DNA from: a phage
DNA length: 64,000 nucleotides
Strand: one strand, 5' to 3'
Assembly: GCA_027468165.1 (NCBI GenBank)
Contig: GCA_027468165.1_3951.1
The notes beneath the pieces were generated by a model that was not told the origin of the DNA, made no database searches, and saw only the letters and a program-made list of their open reading frames with translations. The position numbers and the translations under genes were made by a program. Numbering within the stretch: position 1 is the first letter of the stretch; each line of letters opens with the position of its first letter. Below are positions 40,213 to 49,979 of the stretch, one piece after another.

Positions 40213-42744
40213 ATGGCAGATTACAAATTGAGTCAATTAAACTCAATCGACACAATCCGTTCAGATGACCTTCTTCATGTCAGAGTTAAAAAGAGACCTG
40301 AAATGCTGGGTGATGAAGACCGTCGAATGACCTATCAAGACTTTTTAGCATCTTTTAAGCTTGAAAGATTTGTTCAGATTGCTGGTAGTAATATGACAGG
40401 TGACTTAGGGATTGTTAAGTTACTTTATGGTGGTAAGGCAGTCTTTGACCCAACAGGCTCTTCTGAGATTACTATTGGGGATGTTTTAAAGACTTTTAAA
40501 ATCAACGCAAGCGGCCTTAAACTAACTATTGCAGATGCTTCAAGGTCGGCAACTGTTTATCATACTCTGAATAAGCCAAGTCCTAATGAACTTGGGATGA
40601 GAACTAATGAAGAGAATGATGCAAGATATGCAAGGCTTGCTATTACAAACACATTCTCTGGAACTCAGAACATTCAAGGTGATGCTAACTTACTTCGCCT
40701 TAGAAACCAAAATGCAAACAAAGCACAATATATTGAAGGTGTAAACCTAGATGGTTCGGCTAGATGGTGGGTTGGTATTGGTAGTAATGGCTCTGACGAA
40801 GTAAAGCTGTACAATAACAAATACAACACAGCAGTGATTGTTGCAAACAATATCTCTGTGAGTAGGTCTTTAGCAATCACTGGTCAAGTTCAACCATCAG
40901 ATTTCTCTAACTTAGATGCTAGATACTTTACTCAGACAGTTGCTAATCAGAGATTTGCACAGTTAGCTGCTAATAACAATTTCACTGGTACTAACACTTT
41001 TAGCAGAAATCTAACTATCATTAGTGACAGTGCTGCTTTAAGGTTGAAAAATGCAACATCTAGTTCCCTATTTATTCAGGGAGTTAACTCTCAGAATGCC
41101 AACAGATGGTATGTAGGGAACGGTGATAACACCGCCTCTGTGTTACTACACAACTATGTATACAATTCAAATATTAGGCTCGATAATGGATATATCTCAG
41201 TCAACCAGAATTTCAGAATCACTGGTCAAGTTCAACCTTCTGATTGGACTAACATCGACTCTAGATACATTCCGGTAGGAACTTTGAGTAATCTTGCTAA
41301 ACTAAGTGATGCAAACACTTTCAGGTCTTCACAAGTAATTCTCAAAGATGAACTATCGTTACAGCTAAGAAACACTGTTCAGGATAAGCCACTATACCTT
41401 GCTGGTTATAACGCTGATAATGTGAGAAGGTGGTTCATCGGGAATGGGGAGCCAGCAGACCCAACTAAACTCATTATTTACAATGATAGGACTGGTACTG
41501 CTATTTTCATGCAAGATGACTTCTTGCTGAACAAAACAGTCAGAATTGCTGGTCAAGTACAACCTTCTGATTGGACTAACATTGATGGTCGATACTATAA
41601 CAAGTCATCAGCAGATAATAGGTATCTAAGAGTAAGAAGCACTGGATTTAACACCAGCGGTGTGGATAAATGGGCTAAGATTGCAACTGTCACCATGCCA
41701 CAAACAACATCAACAGCAGTAATCGAGTTGTTTGGTGGGGCTGGGTTCAACTTTGGTGCATATGACCAAGCCTGTAAAACAGAAATTGTTCTTAGAACAG
41801 GTAATAACAACCCAAAAGGATTAAATGTTGTTGCATGGAAAAACTCACCAAATGGTGTTGTGACGGAAATTGGGTATGTTAACACATCTGGCGATAATTA
41901 TGACATCTATTGCAAAGCTACTCGTTATCAAAATGCTACGACAGCTAGGGTTCAGTCATCAGATAATGCAACAGTACAACTGTTTGCAACCCCAGAGACA
42001 TACGATAATGCTCCAGATGACTATGTTGCTGGGACAATTGCTTATTATTATACTAGTCTCTTGAAACCAACCCCTTCAGATATTGGTGCATACACTAAAG
42101 GAGAAACTGACCAGAAGATTGCACAGGCAATTAGTGACTCTACAGACCTGAATAAAATCTACCCAGTTGGTATTGTAACGTGGTTTAACAGTAATGTTGA
42201 CCCTAACACAGCGTTGCCTGGGTTAACTTGGACGTATCTGAACAATGGTGTTGGTAGAACTATCAGAATCGCAGCAGCAAATGGTTCAGATGTTGCTACA
42301 ACTGGTGGTTCAGATTCTGTAACGTTATCTGTTGGTAACTTACCTTCACACACGCATAGTTTCTCTGCTACCACGTCGTCGTTTGATTACGGCACTAAAA
42401 CCACGAATAACACCGGGGCGCATACGCACAGTGTGAGCGGTACAGCCGCAAGTGCCGGAAACCATACTCATAGTGTCAAAGGCGCATCAGCAGAAAGACG
42501 GTACACATCAAGTGGGTCAACAAATGAGGTAGTGGCTGCGGTCAATATGAATACAAGTGCTGCAGGAGCGCACACTCATAGTGTCAGCGGCACAGCTGCA
42601 TCTGCAGGTGCTCACGCACATACTGTCGGTATTGGTGCTCACACCCATACAGTTAGTGGTAACACTGGTGGTACAGGTTCTGGTTCAGCATTTAGTGTTA
42701 CTAACCAGTTCTACAAGTTGATGGCTTGGGTAAGAACTGCTTAA
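40213..42744 (+). CDS. Long tail fibre protein (843 aa) with three internal repeats and His-rich C-terminal module
   Basis: Repeats ITGQVQPSD(F/W)(S/T)N(L/I)D(A/S/G)RY; C-terminal HxH module shared with 38991-40166. Confidence 0.7.
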   Translation: MADYKLSQLNSIDTIRSDDLLHVRVKKRPEMLGDEDRRMTYQDFLASFKLERFVQIAGSNMTGDLGIVKLLYGGKAVFDPTGSSEITIGDVLKTFKINASGLKLTIADASRSATVYHTLNKPSPNELGMRTNEENDARYARLAITNTFSGTQNIQGDANLLRLRNQNANKAQYIEGVNLDGSARWWVGIGSNGSDEVKLYNNKYNTAVIVANNISVSRSLAITGQVQPSDFSNLDARYFTQTVANQRFAQLAANNNFTGTNTFSRNLTIISDSAALRLKNATSSSLFIQGVNSQNANRWYVGNGDNTASVLLHNYVYNSNIRLDNGYISVNQNFRITGQVQPSDWTNIDSRYIPVGTLSNLAKLSDANTFRSSQVILKDELSLQLRNTVQDKPLYLAGYNADNVRRWFIGNGEPADPTKLIIYNDRTGTAIFMQDDFLLNKTVRIAGQVQPSDWTNIDGRYYNKSSADNRYLRVRSTGFNTSGVDKWAKIATVTMPQTTSTAVIELFGGAGFNFGAYDQACKTEIVLRTGNNNPKGLNVVAWKNSPNGVVTEIGYVNTSGDNYDIYCKATRYQNATTARVQSSDNATVQLFATPETYDNAPDDYVAGTIAYYYTSLLKPTPSDIGAYTKGETDQKIAQAISDSTDLNKIYPVGIVTWFNSNVDPNTALPGLTWTYLNNGVGRTIRIAAANGSDVATTGGSDSVTLSVGNLPSHTHSFSATTSSFDYGTKTTNNTGAHTHSVSGTAASAGNHTHSVKGASAERRYTSSGSTNEVVAAVNMNTSAAGAHTHSVSGTAASAGAHAHTVGIGAHTHTVSGNTGGTGSGSAFSVTNQFYKLMAWVRTA

Positions 42745-42822
42745 TCCCTTATTGACTGATTGTTAAGATGGTGTTAATATTCTTTAGGGTATTCTCACCA
42801 TCTTGGCTGATGAGGTGATTAA

Positions 42823-43020
42823 ATGCCTACAATCCTAGCAATTCTTCTAAAAAATCTAGGTAGCTTCTTCTGGAAACTTATTTTATCCCTTCTAAGTGAA
42901 TACATGATTGAGAAAGTGTTCTTTAGGCTTGCAAGATACCTTGCGAGTAAAACAGACACACCTATTGATGATGAGTTCGTAGATAACTTAGAAAAAGCTT
43001 TTAAGGGGGAGAATAAATGA
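42823..43020 (+). CDS. Small membrane protein, holin-like (65 aa)
   Basis: N-terminal hydrophobic helix, charged C-terminus; call is tentative. Confidence 0.4.
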   Translation: MPTILAILLKNLGSFFWKLILSLLSEYMIEKVFFRLARYLASKTDTPIDDEFVDNLEKAFKGENK

Positions 43021-43388
43021 AGTGGCTAGAGGAAGCTTTTAAAAATAATATTGGTGCAATTGTAGTTGGTATTTTTAGTGTTATCGGAATGTATACCACG
43101 ATGCAAGTTTCAAGTGGTAAACAAGAAGTGTCTGTCTCAACAAAGTTACAACAGTTGGATAATTACACAAGTAGTAACTATTCAGCTATTCGTGATTTAC
43201 AGTCTGACATGAGACTTATTCAGTTAGGGATGGAGAACCAGAAAGTTCAGTTAGAGAATGTTAAGGGTGAGAACGCAAAACTTACCAAAACTCTTGATAA
43301 ATTCTCTGACAGTGTGAATAATCTGGCCCAATCAGTATCAGCCCTCCAAGCTATTACTGAGAAGAACACAAAGAATACTGAAAAGTAA
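43017..43388 (+). CDS. Membrane-anchored coiled-coil protein (123 aa; spanin-like or lysis accessory)
   Basis: N-terminal TM (IGAIVVGIFSVIGMY) then heptad-like region. Confidence 0.4.
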   Translation: MKWLEEAFKNNIGAIVVGIFSVIGMYTTMQVSSGKQEVSVSTKLQQLDNYTSSNYSAIRDLQSDMRLIQLGMENQKVQLENVKGENAKLTKTLDKFSDSVNNLAQSVSALQAITEKNTKNTEK

Positions 43389-43393
43389 AGTTT

Positions 43394-43425
43394 AAGGCTC
43401 CTTTTTACGGGAGCCTTTTTTGTTT
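43394..43425. terminator. Bidirectional intrinsic terminator (AAGGCTCC-TTTTTAC-GGGAGCCTT plus T-run)
   Basis: Between convergent genes ending at 43388 (+) and 43425 (-). Confidence 0.8.
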
Positions 43426-44324
43426 TATTTACCTACTGACAAAGGTGCTTCAATCTTCCCTGCATGTTGGTAATTGTTAATACCACCAATAAAGTCACTT
43501 GCAGTGAGATGTTTCAGGTCACTTAAAGTATTAAGTGGAAGACCAATCTCAAAAGTTGGTGCATGGAACTCTTCATTGTTCATCAGTTCATAAACCTGCT
43601 TCATATGATTCTGATAAATCTGAGTATCTCCAAAGACACCTATCAAATATCGTGGAGTGTATCCAGTCATCTTACAAAGAACTTCCAGAATAAAACCGTA
43701 AGATGCAATATTAAACGGAAGTCCTAAAAAGGTATCTACTGAACGCTGATACCATTGTAAGTCAACTTCACCCTCGTTAGTAATATAAATCTGAAACAGA
43801 ACATGACAAGGTGCTAGAGCCATTGAGTTTGCTGCAATATCTGCTGCATTCCAAGCATTAACAAGCATGTAACGGTCTGTGATATCACCCTTCATCTTTG
43901 TTACTAAGGTCTCTAACTGGTCTACAACACAACCGTTATGACCTTCAAAGTTTCTCCACTGAACTCCATAGATTCTTCCACCTGCATCTTCTAACCAATC
44001 TTGTTCAGAAGAATAATTAGAGCTTAACCAGCGTTTAAAATCATCTGACCAGATTGTCCAACGTTCTCCGTCATTTTCACCCCAAGTGCGATAACGGAGT
44101 TCGCCAAGCTTATTCTCACCATTCAGGAACCATAAAGCTTCCCCAATAACTTGCCGTGTAAACACCTGTTTAGATGTTAAGAGCGGGAAACCAGTTCGCA
44201 TATCAAAACGAAACTGAGGTGGAGCAAATGCAGAGATAACATCTCCAGTTCGTGTAGTACGCAGTTCACCGACGGATAAAACATGGTTCAGGATATTTTT
44301 ATAACTTGAATCTGCTTGTGACAT
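43425..44324 (-). CDS. thyA: Thymidylate synthase
   Basis: Full-length ThyA hallmarks including the catalytic Cys region (ALAPCHVLFQ) and GDTQIYQNH. Confidence 0.9.
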   Translation of the reverse strand: MSQADSSYKNILNHVLSVGELRTTRTGDVISAFAPPQFRFDMRTGFPLLTSKQVFTRQVIGEALWFLNGENKLGELRYRTWGENDGERWTIWSDDFKRWLSSNYSSEQDWLEDAGGRIYGVQWRNFEGHNGCVVDQLETLVTKMKGDITDRYMLVNAWNAADIAANSMALAPCHVLFQIYITNEGEVDLQWYQRSVDTFLGLPFNIASYGFILEVLCKMTGYTPRYLIGVFGDTQIYQNHMKQVYELMNNEEFHAPTFEIGLPLNTLSDLKHLTASDFIGGINNYQHAGKIEAPLSVGK

Positions 44325-44325
44325 A

Positions 44326-44871
44326 TCAAAAGTGTCCTTTTACTTGTGGAACATAAATTTCAAAAGTTGCTTTACCATCCTCTGATGGTTTTGACTGTAC
44401 CTTTGTAAATACACGACCATCATACAACTTCTCGAAGAAGTTTTCAAAAGGTAAATGTACAGTGACCTCTTCAGTAACTTTATGGAAAACTGTATGGAAC
44501 ACTACATCAGCATACGGTAAAGCATTGACAAGGACACCTGCACCACCAATTACAAAGACATCTTCATCAATAGAGCTATCAAGATACTTCAAAAATGCTC
44601 CAAATGACTCTTTACTGGCTTTTGCATACATTACGTCATCTTTGCCAAAGTCTATACCTAAGTATGGTACAGAGTTTGTTAATATGAGGTTTGCACGTTC
44701 TGGTAAAGGTTTACTACCCAGAGTCTTGAAAGTCTCATTACCCATCACTACTAAGTTGTTTTTAGTGAGTCTCTTAAACTCTTGCATATCCTGTTTATGT
44801 CGAGGCCACGGCATACCAGTTGGAGTACCAAACTCACCATTTTCGCCACTTGCAAAGATTAATTTAATCAT
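44326..44871 (-). CDS. folA: Dihydrofolate reductase
   Basis: DHFR hallmarks (MPW..., LVVMGNETFKTLG...R.N.ILT, VIGGAGV); translationally coupled to thyA. Confidence 0.8.
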   Translation of the reverse strand: MIKLIFASGENGEFGTPTGMPWPRHKQDMQEFKRLTKNNLVVMGNETFKTLGSKPLPERANLILTNSVPYLGIDFGKDDVMYAKASKESFGAFLKYLDSSIDEDVFVIGGAGVLVNALPYADVVFHTVFHKVTEEVTVHLPFENFFEKLYDGRVFTKVQSKPSEDGKATFEIYVPQVKGHF

Positions 44872-45128
44872 TTTGTAAATCCTTTCTTAATGAACCAGTT
44901 GATAACATTCTTCACAGCTTTATTACTATGGTAGATTAAGTGTGGTGTAGGCTGGTATAAACCATAAGCCCAGAAAGCAATGATTTCATTACATCCTGTA
45001 CACCTTGTACTCTCTTCGGCAATATGACCGTGGACTATTTCACTTACCTCACCTTGTAAGTCTGTACACCCACAATGTGGGCATCGGATAGGTGTTCCAT
45101 CAGACTCATAGCAGTGTTCAATTTTCAT
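44868..45128 (-). CDS. Small zinc-ribbon protein (86 aa)
   Basis: CPHCGC ... CTGCNE cysteine pairs. Confidence 0.5.
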   Translation of the reverse strand: MKIEHCYESDGTPIRCPHCGCTDLQGEVSEIVHGHIAEESTRCTGCNEIIAFWAYGLYQPTPHLIYHSNKAVKNVINWFIKKGFTK

Positions 45129-45644
45129 TTATTTAACCTCAAAAACTGGCTCAAGAACCAATATAAAGTCTACACAGTCATCTTCTTCATCCAGAATACC
45201 ATCAAAGTTCTTAGGAACGAAGTCGAAGAGGCTCATAACAAAACAGTCAGAAGTAACCCTAATAGTGCCTCCCATATTCTCTACAGTCAACACTGTACGG
45301 CTTTCTTTTACCTCTCGAAGAAGATTGCTCACAAAGTCATCTAAGAAGTACTTCATCAGTGACTTAAAACCTTTAGGGTAATCTGTACCAGAGTATGTTT
45401 CAATCTGAGGTACAAGCTTAACATTTATACTAGTCTTTGTTAAGAACGTATTAGAGAACATGCTATCAGGTAACTTGCAAACAGTCTTTCCAGTACCTTC
45501 ATGTTCAATCTCAACAAAACCAGCTTCATCGCCACATGTAACTATTTTAAAAGATGCTTCATTCTCATACTGTGAAGCCATAAACTTTTTAAGCATCTCT
45601 TTAAGGAAATCTGCATGGGCATCTTGTAAGAAGATATCAATCAT
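45129..45644 (-). CDS. Hypothetical protein (171 aa)
   Basis: ORF track. Confidence 0.5.
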   Translation of the reverse strand: MIDIFLQDAHADFLKEMLKKFMASQYENEASFKIVTCGDEAGFVEIEHEGTGKTVCKLPDSMFSNTFLTKTSINVKLVPQIETYSGTDYPKGFKSLMKYFLDDFVSNLLREVKESRTVLTVENMGGTIRVTSDCFVMSLFDFVPKNFDGILDEEDDCVDFILVLEPVFEVK

Positions 45645-45657
45645 AGTTAATCACCTA

Positions 45658-46017
45658 TTATGGGAACAGACACTTAATGTCATCGTTTTTGAAAACGAAG
45701 CTTGTGTAATTGTGACCATCAACGTCCAGCCAAACAGCCTGAACATCTACACCATCAAGGTTGTGGTAAAGCTCTTTGATGAAGTGGTCTTTCACAATCT
45801 GACTGCTAGTTGTTTCCAGCTTAATGTTTGAGATTGCTGAACCTACAGCCATATAACCCATGACACGTTTCTTCTCAGTATGATTAATCTTACCATCTTT
45901 GTAAGTCATAATGAGATTGGAAAGAATCTTTGCACCGTAATGCTTCTCAAGGTGAGTAGGTACACCATAAAAACCTAGTGCGAAGTTTTCAGAGTGGATA
46001 ATGTTTTCACGTTTCAT
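45658..46017 (-). CDS. Hypothetical protein (119 aa)
   Basis: ORF track. Confidence 0.5.
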   Translation of the reverse strand: MKRENIIHSENFALGFYGVPTHLEKHYGAKILSNLIMTYKDGKINHTEKKRVMGYMAVGSAISNIKLETTSSQIVKDHFIKELYHNLDGVDVQAVWLDVDGHNYTSFVFKNDDIKCLFP

Positions 46018-46018
46018 A

Positions 46019-46348
46019 TTAATCTGCCAACCTTAAATTGAAGTTAACACCAAATTTTTCACATACTCCCAACATAAACTCAAGGGAGACATTGCCAGTG
46101 AGATTGATTATGTTGGATACACGAGCCTGAGAGATACCACAAATTTTAGCAACTTGCTCTTGAGAAAGACCTCTGGATTTAATCTCTCTCTTAAAACGAT
46201 GTGCAACGAAATCTCTCATTTCGTCTACATCCATTGGACAAATATAACTCCCCATTTCAGCCTCTCTGTCAGCCTCCCAATCATCTTGTGGAGCATAAGG
46301 GTCAAAAACCTCATTCATCTTTCTTCTTCCGTTTGCGTGAAGTGTCAA
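46019..46348 (-). CDS. Helix-turn-helix (XRE-like) DNA-binding protein
   Basis: LSQEQVAKICGISQARVSNI matches the classic HTH pattern. Confidence 0.6.
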   Translation of the reverse strand: MTLHANGRRKMNEVFDPYAPQDDWEADREAEMGSYICPMDVDEMRDFVAHRFKREIKSRGLSQEQVAKICGISQARVSNIINLTGNVSLEFMLGVCEKFGVNFNLRLAD

Positions 46349-46523
46349 TCAATGAATCTATGTTTGTAGCTCTAACCTTTTCACGTTCATCGTTAAGATA
46401 ATCGTCAAGAGCCTTTTCAATCTGTGAATCATCTTGACAGATAACTGTAAAGACTGTAAAGCCGTCTGTATCATCAATTATCTTACCATAACCGCTTCTG
46501 GGATGTAACTTTTTAAGAGCCAT
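46311..46523 (-). CDS. Hypothetical protein (70 aa)
   Basis: ORF track; overlaps neighbour by 38 nt, start uncertain. Confidence 0.4.
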   Translation of the reverse strand: MALKKLHPRSGYGKIIDDTDGFTVFTVICQDDSQIEKALDDYLNDEREKVRATNIDSLIDTSRKRKKKDE

Positions 46524-46524
46524 A

Positions 46525-46908
46525 TCAAATACCTGTGCAGCTTCTGTTTTCTAAGAAATACTCAACACCATACATAGCTTTTTGCATCAAATCTTCTTTA
46601 AACTGGATACGATGATTAAGCATAGCCTGTACATCAATATCATCATGGTGCTTCTCTTTAATATTTGCAGATTGCAGGAAATACTCTGCAAGAACACGAT
46701 ACTGATAGTCAGTTACCTTATCAGTCATCTCTGTTAAAGACTCTTCAGAGATTGGTTTAAGTAACTCACCATTAGCCAGAGCAACACCTTTAACAATCTG
46801 GCAAGTGTCTTCTGGAACACCTGATAAGTCCACATTTGGGAGTTCTGTTGCATTGACTGGTAAATTCATTGCCATAACCATTGCAGCAGCTAATAAAATC
46901 TTTTTCAT
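46525..46908 (-). CDS. Secreted/periplasmic protein with cleavable signal peptide (127 aa)
   Basis: N-terminus MKKILLAAAMVMAMNLPVNA then TELP. Confidence 0.55.
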   Translation of the reverse strand: MKKILLAAAMVMAMNLPVNATELPNVDLSGVPEDTCQIVKGVALANGELLKPISEESLTEMTDKVTDYQYRVLAEYFLQSANIKEKHHDDIDVQAMLNHRIQFKEDLMQKAMYGVEYFLENRSCTGI

Positions 46909-47173
46909 AATGACCTCAAAGTTATATTAAATTTTGTATTACATCGAGTATAAAAATAAGCTATAACACCTGACTTGTCAACAGATTTTATAGCTTATTT
47001 GGCAGATTTTTATAAGGCTACTACCATCCTTCCATACCAAACCCTACCTTACCAAACCATACAATACTGAACCTCACTTAAAACCCTCTTAGAAGACTCT
47101 TAAGTGATGCTGGTGAGTACCCGTTGGTTTATGCTGCTCAGTATACTCACCAAATTTTCTATGTCAACAACTT

Positions 47174-48277
47174 TTATTCATAATCTCGTATAACGAGACC
47201 AACAGGGAACTGTAAAGAACCCTTACGAGTCATCTTCTGGAACTGAACCGTTAAAGGCTTCCCGATAAACTCTTCAGGATGTTCAGCAAGATACTGTTTT
47301 TTCTCATGAGTAGTCTTCCATGAGACATCTACAAAGACGTTAGGGAGAGTCTCTACAACAAACTTGCCATGACCACGCTTATCAGTCTTTACACCAGTTA
47401 CTTTAAACTCTTCAGTGTGCATCTTCTTGTGCTTAATCAAGAAGTATGAACGGTGACAACACTCATAGAAGGAGTATTCAGAAATTGAACGGTACATTGC
47501 ACCTTCAAACTTAGCTTCAACCCATTTATCATGAGCTTCATCAAACTCTTCCCAAGAATTTACACGACGAGATTTAACAGGAACAACTTTACAGCCATCT
47601 CTAAAGTCATTCAATGGTGAAGTCTCAATAATATCTCTACGCTCAGGCCACGTCTTAGTGCTGTCACAGATATCATACCAGTAAAACTTGAGCAGGTGTC
47701 TGTCAGGATTGTCTTCATTTTTAATCATAGAGACAATATCTTCTAAGTCCCACCCATGAGCATAAATCTCTCCATCAAATTCATCAACATCTTTGTGGAG
47801 CCTTAGCATTGCCATAATGTCAGGTATTAGTTCAGTAGGGATTTTGTAAACAGTATTCTCACGAGAGTATGCTGTAAATACACTGCCAATACTCAAGTGC
47901 CTTGAAATCCTACAACGTACACCATCCAGTTTTGGTTGAGCATCAGCAGGGAATTTCAAATACTTTGCATGACTAACCTTTGCAGCATCATGAGCAAGCT
48001 GAACACCTACCTTTTCAGTATTCTGTGCAGACTCTTTTGTGTAAGCATAACCTTTGCGGTCAACTTGCTTTTTATACTTAGCAGAAACTTCAAAGAGAGC
48101 TTGCTGTTCAGCGTTACGCTCATTCTTTTTACCGATGTTTTTAGGTTCTGCTGTATACTCTTCAAACATCATCTTGCCATTTTCTTTACCGTAGGTTGTA
48201 ATAACTTTGTCACCTACAGCAACGCATGACCAGACATTGAAAGAGCCATCTTTATTTTGTTTGTACAGAATTGTCAT
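47174..48277 (-). CDS. ATP-dependent DNA ligase (T7-type, putative)
   Basis: Nucleotidyltransferase motif I KxDGxR (PKLDGVRC), motif III-like FDGEIY; start trimmed to ATG with SD GAGG at 48275-48277. Confidence 0.7.
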   Translation of the reverse strand: MTILYKQNKDGSFNVWSCVAVGDKVITTYGKENGKMMFEEYTAEPKNIGKKNERNAEQQALFEVSAKYKKQVDRKGYAYTKESAQNTEKVGVQLAHDAAKVSHAKYLKFPADAQPKLDGVRCRISRHLSIGSVFTAYSRENTVYKIPTELIPDIMAMLRLHKDVDEFDGEIYAHGWDLEDIVSMIKNEDNPDRHLLKFYWYDICDSTKTWPERRDIIETSPLNDFRDGCKVVPVKSRRVNSWEEFDEAHDKWVEAKFEGAMYRSISEYSFYECCHRSYFLIKHKKMHTEEFKVTGVKTDKRGHGKFVVETLPNVFVDVSWKTTHEKKQYLAEHPEEFIGKPLTVQFQKMTRKGSLQFPVGLVIRDYE

Positions 48278-48470
48278 TTTTAACCTCTGAGTGATACCAA
48301 GTGTAACAAGCATTACATGCGTAAAGCTCTAAGTCATTTTTATCTGGTTTATGGAAACAGTTTGACCCACAACGACACCGGAATAGCTTACCATCAACAC
48401 GAAGAATGAATGTTTCAAGCTCACCATCTTCTGTAAGAACTGCGTTCTTAAATTTATCTTCTACAGTCAT
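48252..48470 (-). CDS. Small Cys-rich (zinc-binding) protein (72 aa)
   Basis: CRCGSNC ... CNAC. Confidence 0.45.
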   Translation of the reverse strand: MTVEDKFKNAVLTEDGELETFILRVDGKLFRCRCGSNCFHKPDKNDLELYACNACYTWYHSEVKNDNSVQTK

Positions 48471-48521
48471 TTTCTCTTACCACCAATTTCTACGTCAATA
48501 ACTTGAACATCACCAGCAACA

Positions 48522-48782
48522 TCACTCAATAACCGTAGTATGTGATTGACCGTTTTTACCATAGCTGTAAGATGTTGTTGTTTGAGAGTTTGGACATCTG
48601 ACAACAACAATGTCTCTGCTTATGGTATCACCATGTAACTTATAGACTTTGCAATCTTGCATCTCTGGTGGGAGGCTGTAAGAAGCATTTTTATCTTCAT
48701 AAGAAGGGTTGCAGCCAGATAGAAAAATAACACCAAGTGCAATTACTGCTTTCCACATAATACCTCCCCTATTACTGTTCAC
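48522..48782 (-). CDS. Small lipoprotein (lipobox LSGC)
   Basis: N-terminus ...MWKAVIALGVIFLSGC: basic n-region, hydrophobic core, lipobox cysteine. Confidence 0.55.
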   Translation of the reverse strand: MNSNRGGIMWKAVIALGVIFLSGCNPSYEDKNASYSLPPEMQDCKVYKLHGDTISRDIVVVRCPNSQTTTSYSYGKNGQSHTTVIE

Positions 48783-48944
48783 GATGTTCTACTTCTCTGT
48801 ACGTTCGTCGATAGATTATAATAAGCTGTGCTAACTCGTTGCTTTTCACATCTGAACGTAGCAGTTGCCAATCAAAACCTTTACCGACTCTTCCATACAA
48901 ACTAAATAATTTTACTTTGTGTTTCATTTTGGTGTCCCTAATAC

Positions 48945-49172
48945 TCAGAGGCCAATACTAATACGTTCACCCTTAAGGACTCCTGTACGGTCTCTTGCAA
49001 TCTTACCGTCAACAATAAGAATGTGCGCAGACTTTAAAGATTCACTATTAAAACCTTTTACGAACTTACTAGGCATCACCACAATAAGCATCTCTTGAAT
49101 CAACTCTGGAGTATAGCAGTTGTTGTGAAGTTGCTGAATAACGTCTGCAAGTGTCATTTTTGATGTCTCCAA
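48945..49172 (-). CDS. Hypothetical protein (75 aa)
   Basis: ORF track. Confidence 0.4.
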   Translation of the reverse strand: METSKMTLADVIQQLHNNCYTPELIQEMLIVVMPSKFVKGFNSESLKSAHILIVDGKIARDRTGVLKGERISIGL

Positions 49173-49363
49173 TACTCAATGTCAATAAGTTCTTGTGCAA
49201 TGCTTTTCAGATTACCTTTCAAGAAAACCTTCTCAGAACCTGAAAGAGATGAATTATCAATTAGCCTGTTCATCCTCTCAAACAACTTCTGCTTACGATT
49301 CTTGATAGTCTCCTTTGAAGCACCTTTCATCATTGCTGCATGGGTTCTTCCACGGTGGCTCAT
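49154..49363 (-). CDS. Hypothetical protein (69 aa)
   Basis: ORF track. Confidence 0.4.
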   Translation of the reverse strand: MSHRGRTHAAMMKGASKETIKNRKQKLFERMNRLIDNSSLSGSEKVFLKGNLKSIAQELIDIEYWRHQK

Positions 49364-49424
49364 AAGCCCTCCTATATAAGATATTGTATAAGGTACTCTT
49401 CCATGAGCACCTTGTCAATACTAA

Positions 49425-49979
49425 TCAGTGTACTTCAAGCCAATTTTTACCAACTTTACCAGTACCAGTTACAAGCGTTTCCTCCTTAAGCCCTAAATTT
49501 CTTGACGCTTGACCATACATCCAGTCAATTACTGCTTTAACATCCTGCGTCATGTCTTCTGGGCACTCCCAACTATTCTCATCGTGATATGCTAAAAGCA
49601 ATCTAGCGCCAATAGCTGGTTTTCGACCATTCAACTTTGTAAGACCCTCTTCACAAGTTCTTCTACAAGCAAGGTTGATGGCTTCATTCTGAACCTGACT
49701 TTCAGAACCCATAAGCAAATAATTCAATAACTTATGTGGAGATTTACACCACAACCAAGCTCCAGCAACCTTTACAAACCCTCCTTTAGAGATTGCGGCA
49801 GTCTTACCAAATACCTCTTCAAGAGCCTTCTTAGTAGCTTTGAAGTCTGCTTCTAAATTATCCAGCAGCTTCTTAATTTTAGGGAGACGTACAAAGTATG
49901 TTTGCTTAGTTAAAGCACCCTCCTCAGTTGTAGATGCTTTAATCGTCTTAGCAAATTTCTCATCGCCAGCCCCGAACAA
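49425..49979 (-). CDS. DNA polymerase (family A), C-terminal segment / exon 2 (motif B second half and motif C)
   Basis: Begins FGAGDEKFAK (second half of the T7 gene 5 / Klenow O-helix motif) and contains LLAYHDE (motif C); no ATG or SD at its 5' end. Confidence 0.7.
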   Translation of the reverse strand: MFGAGDEKFAKTIKASTTEEGALTKQTYFVRLPKIKKLLDNLEADFKATKKALEEVFGKTAAISKGGFVKVAGAWLWCKSPHKLLNYLLMGSESQVQNEAINLACRRTCEEGLTKLNGRKPAIGARLLLAYHDENSWECPEDMTQDVKAVIDWMYGQASRNLGLKEETLVTGTGKVGKNWLEVH

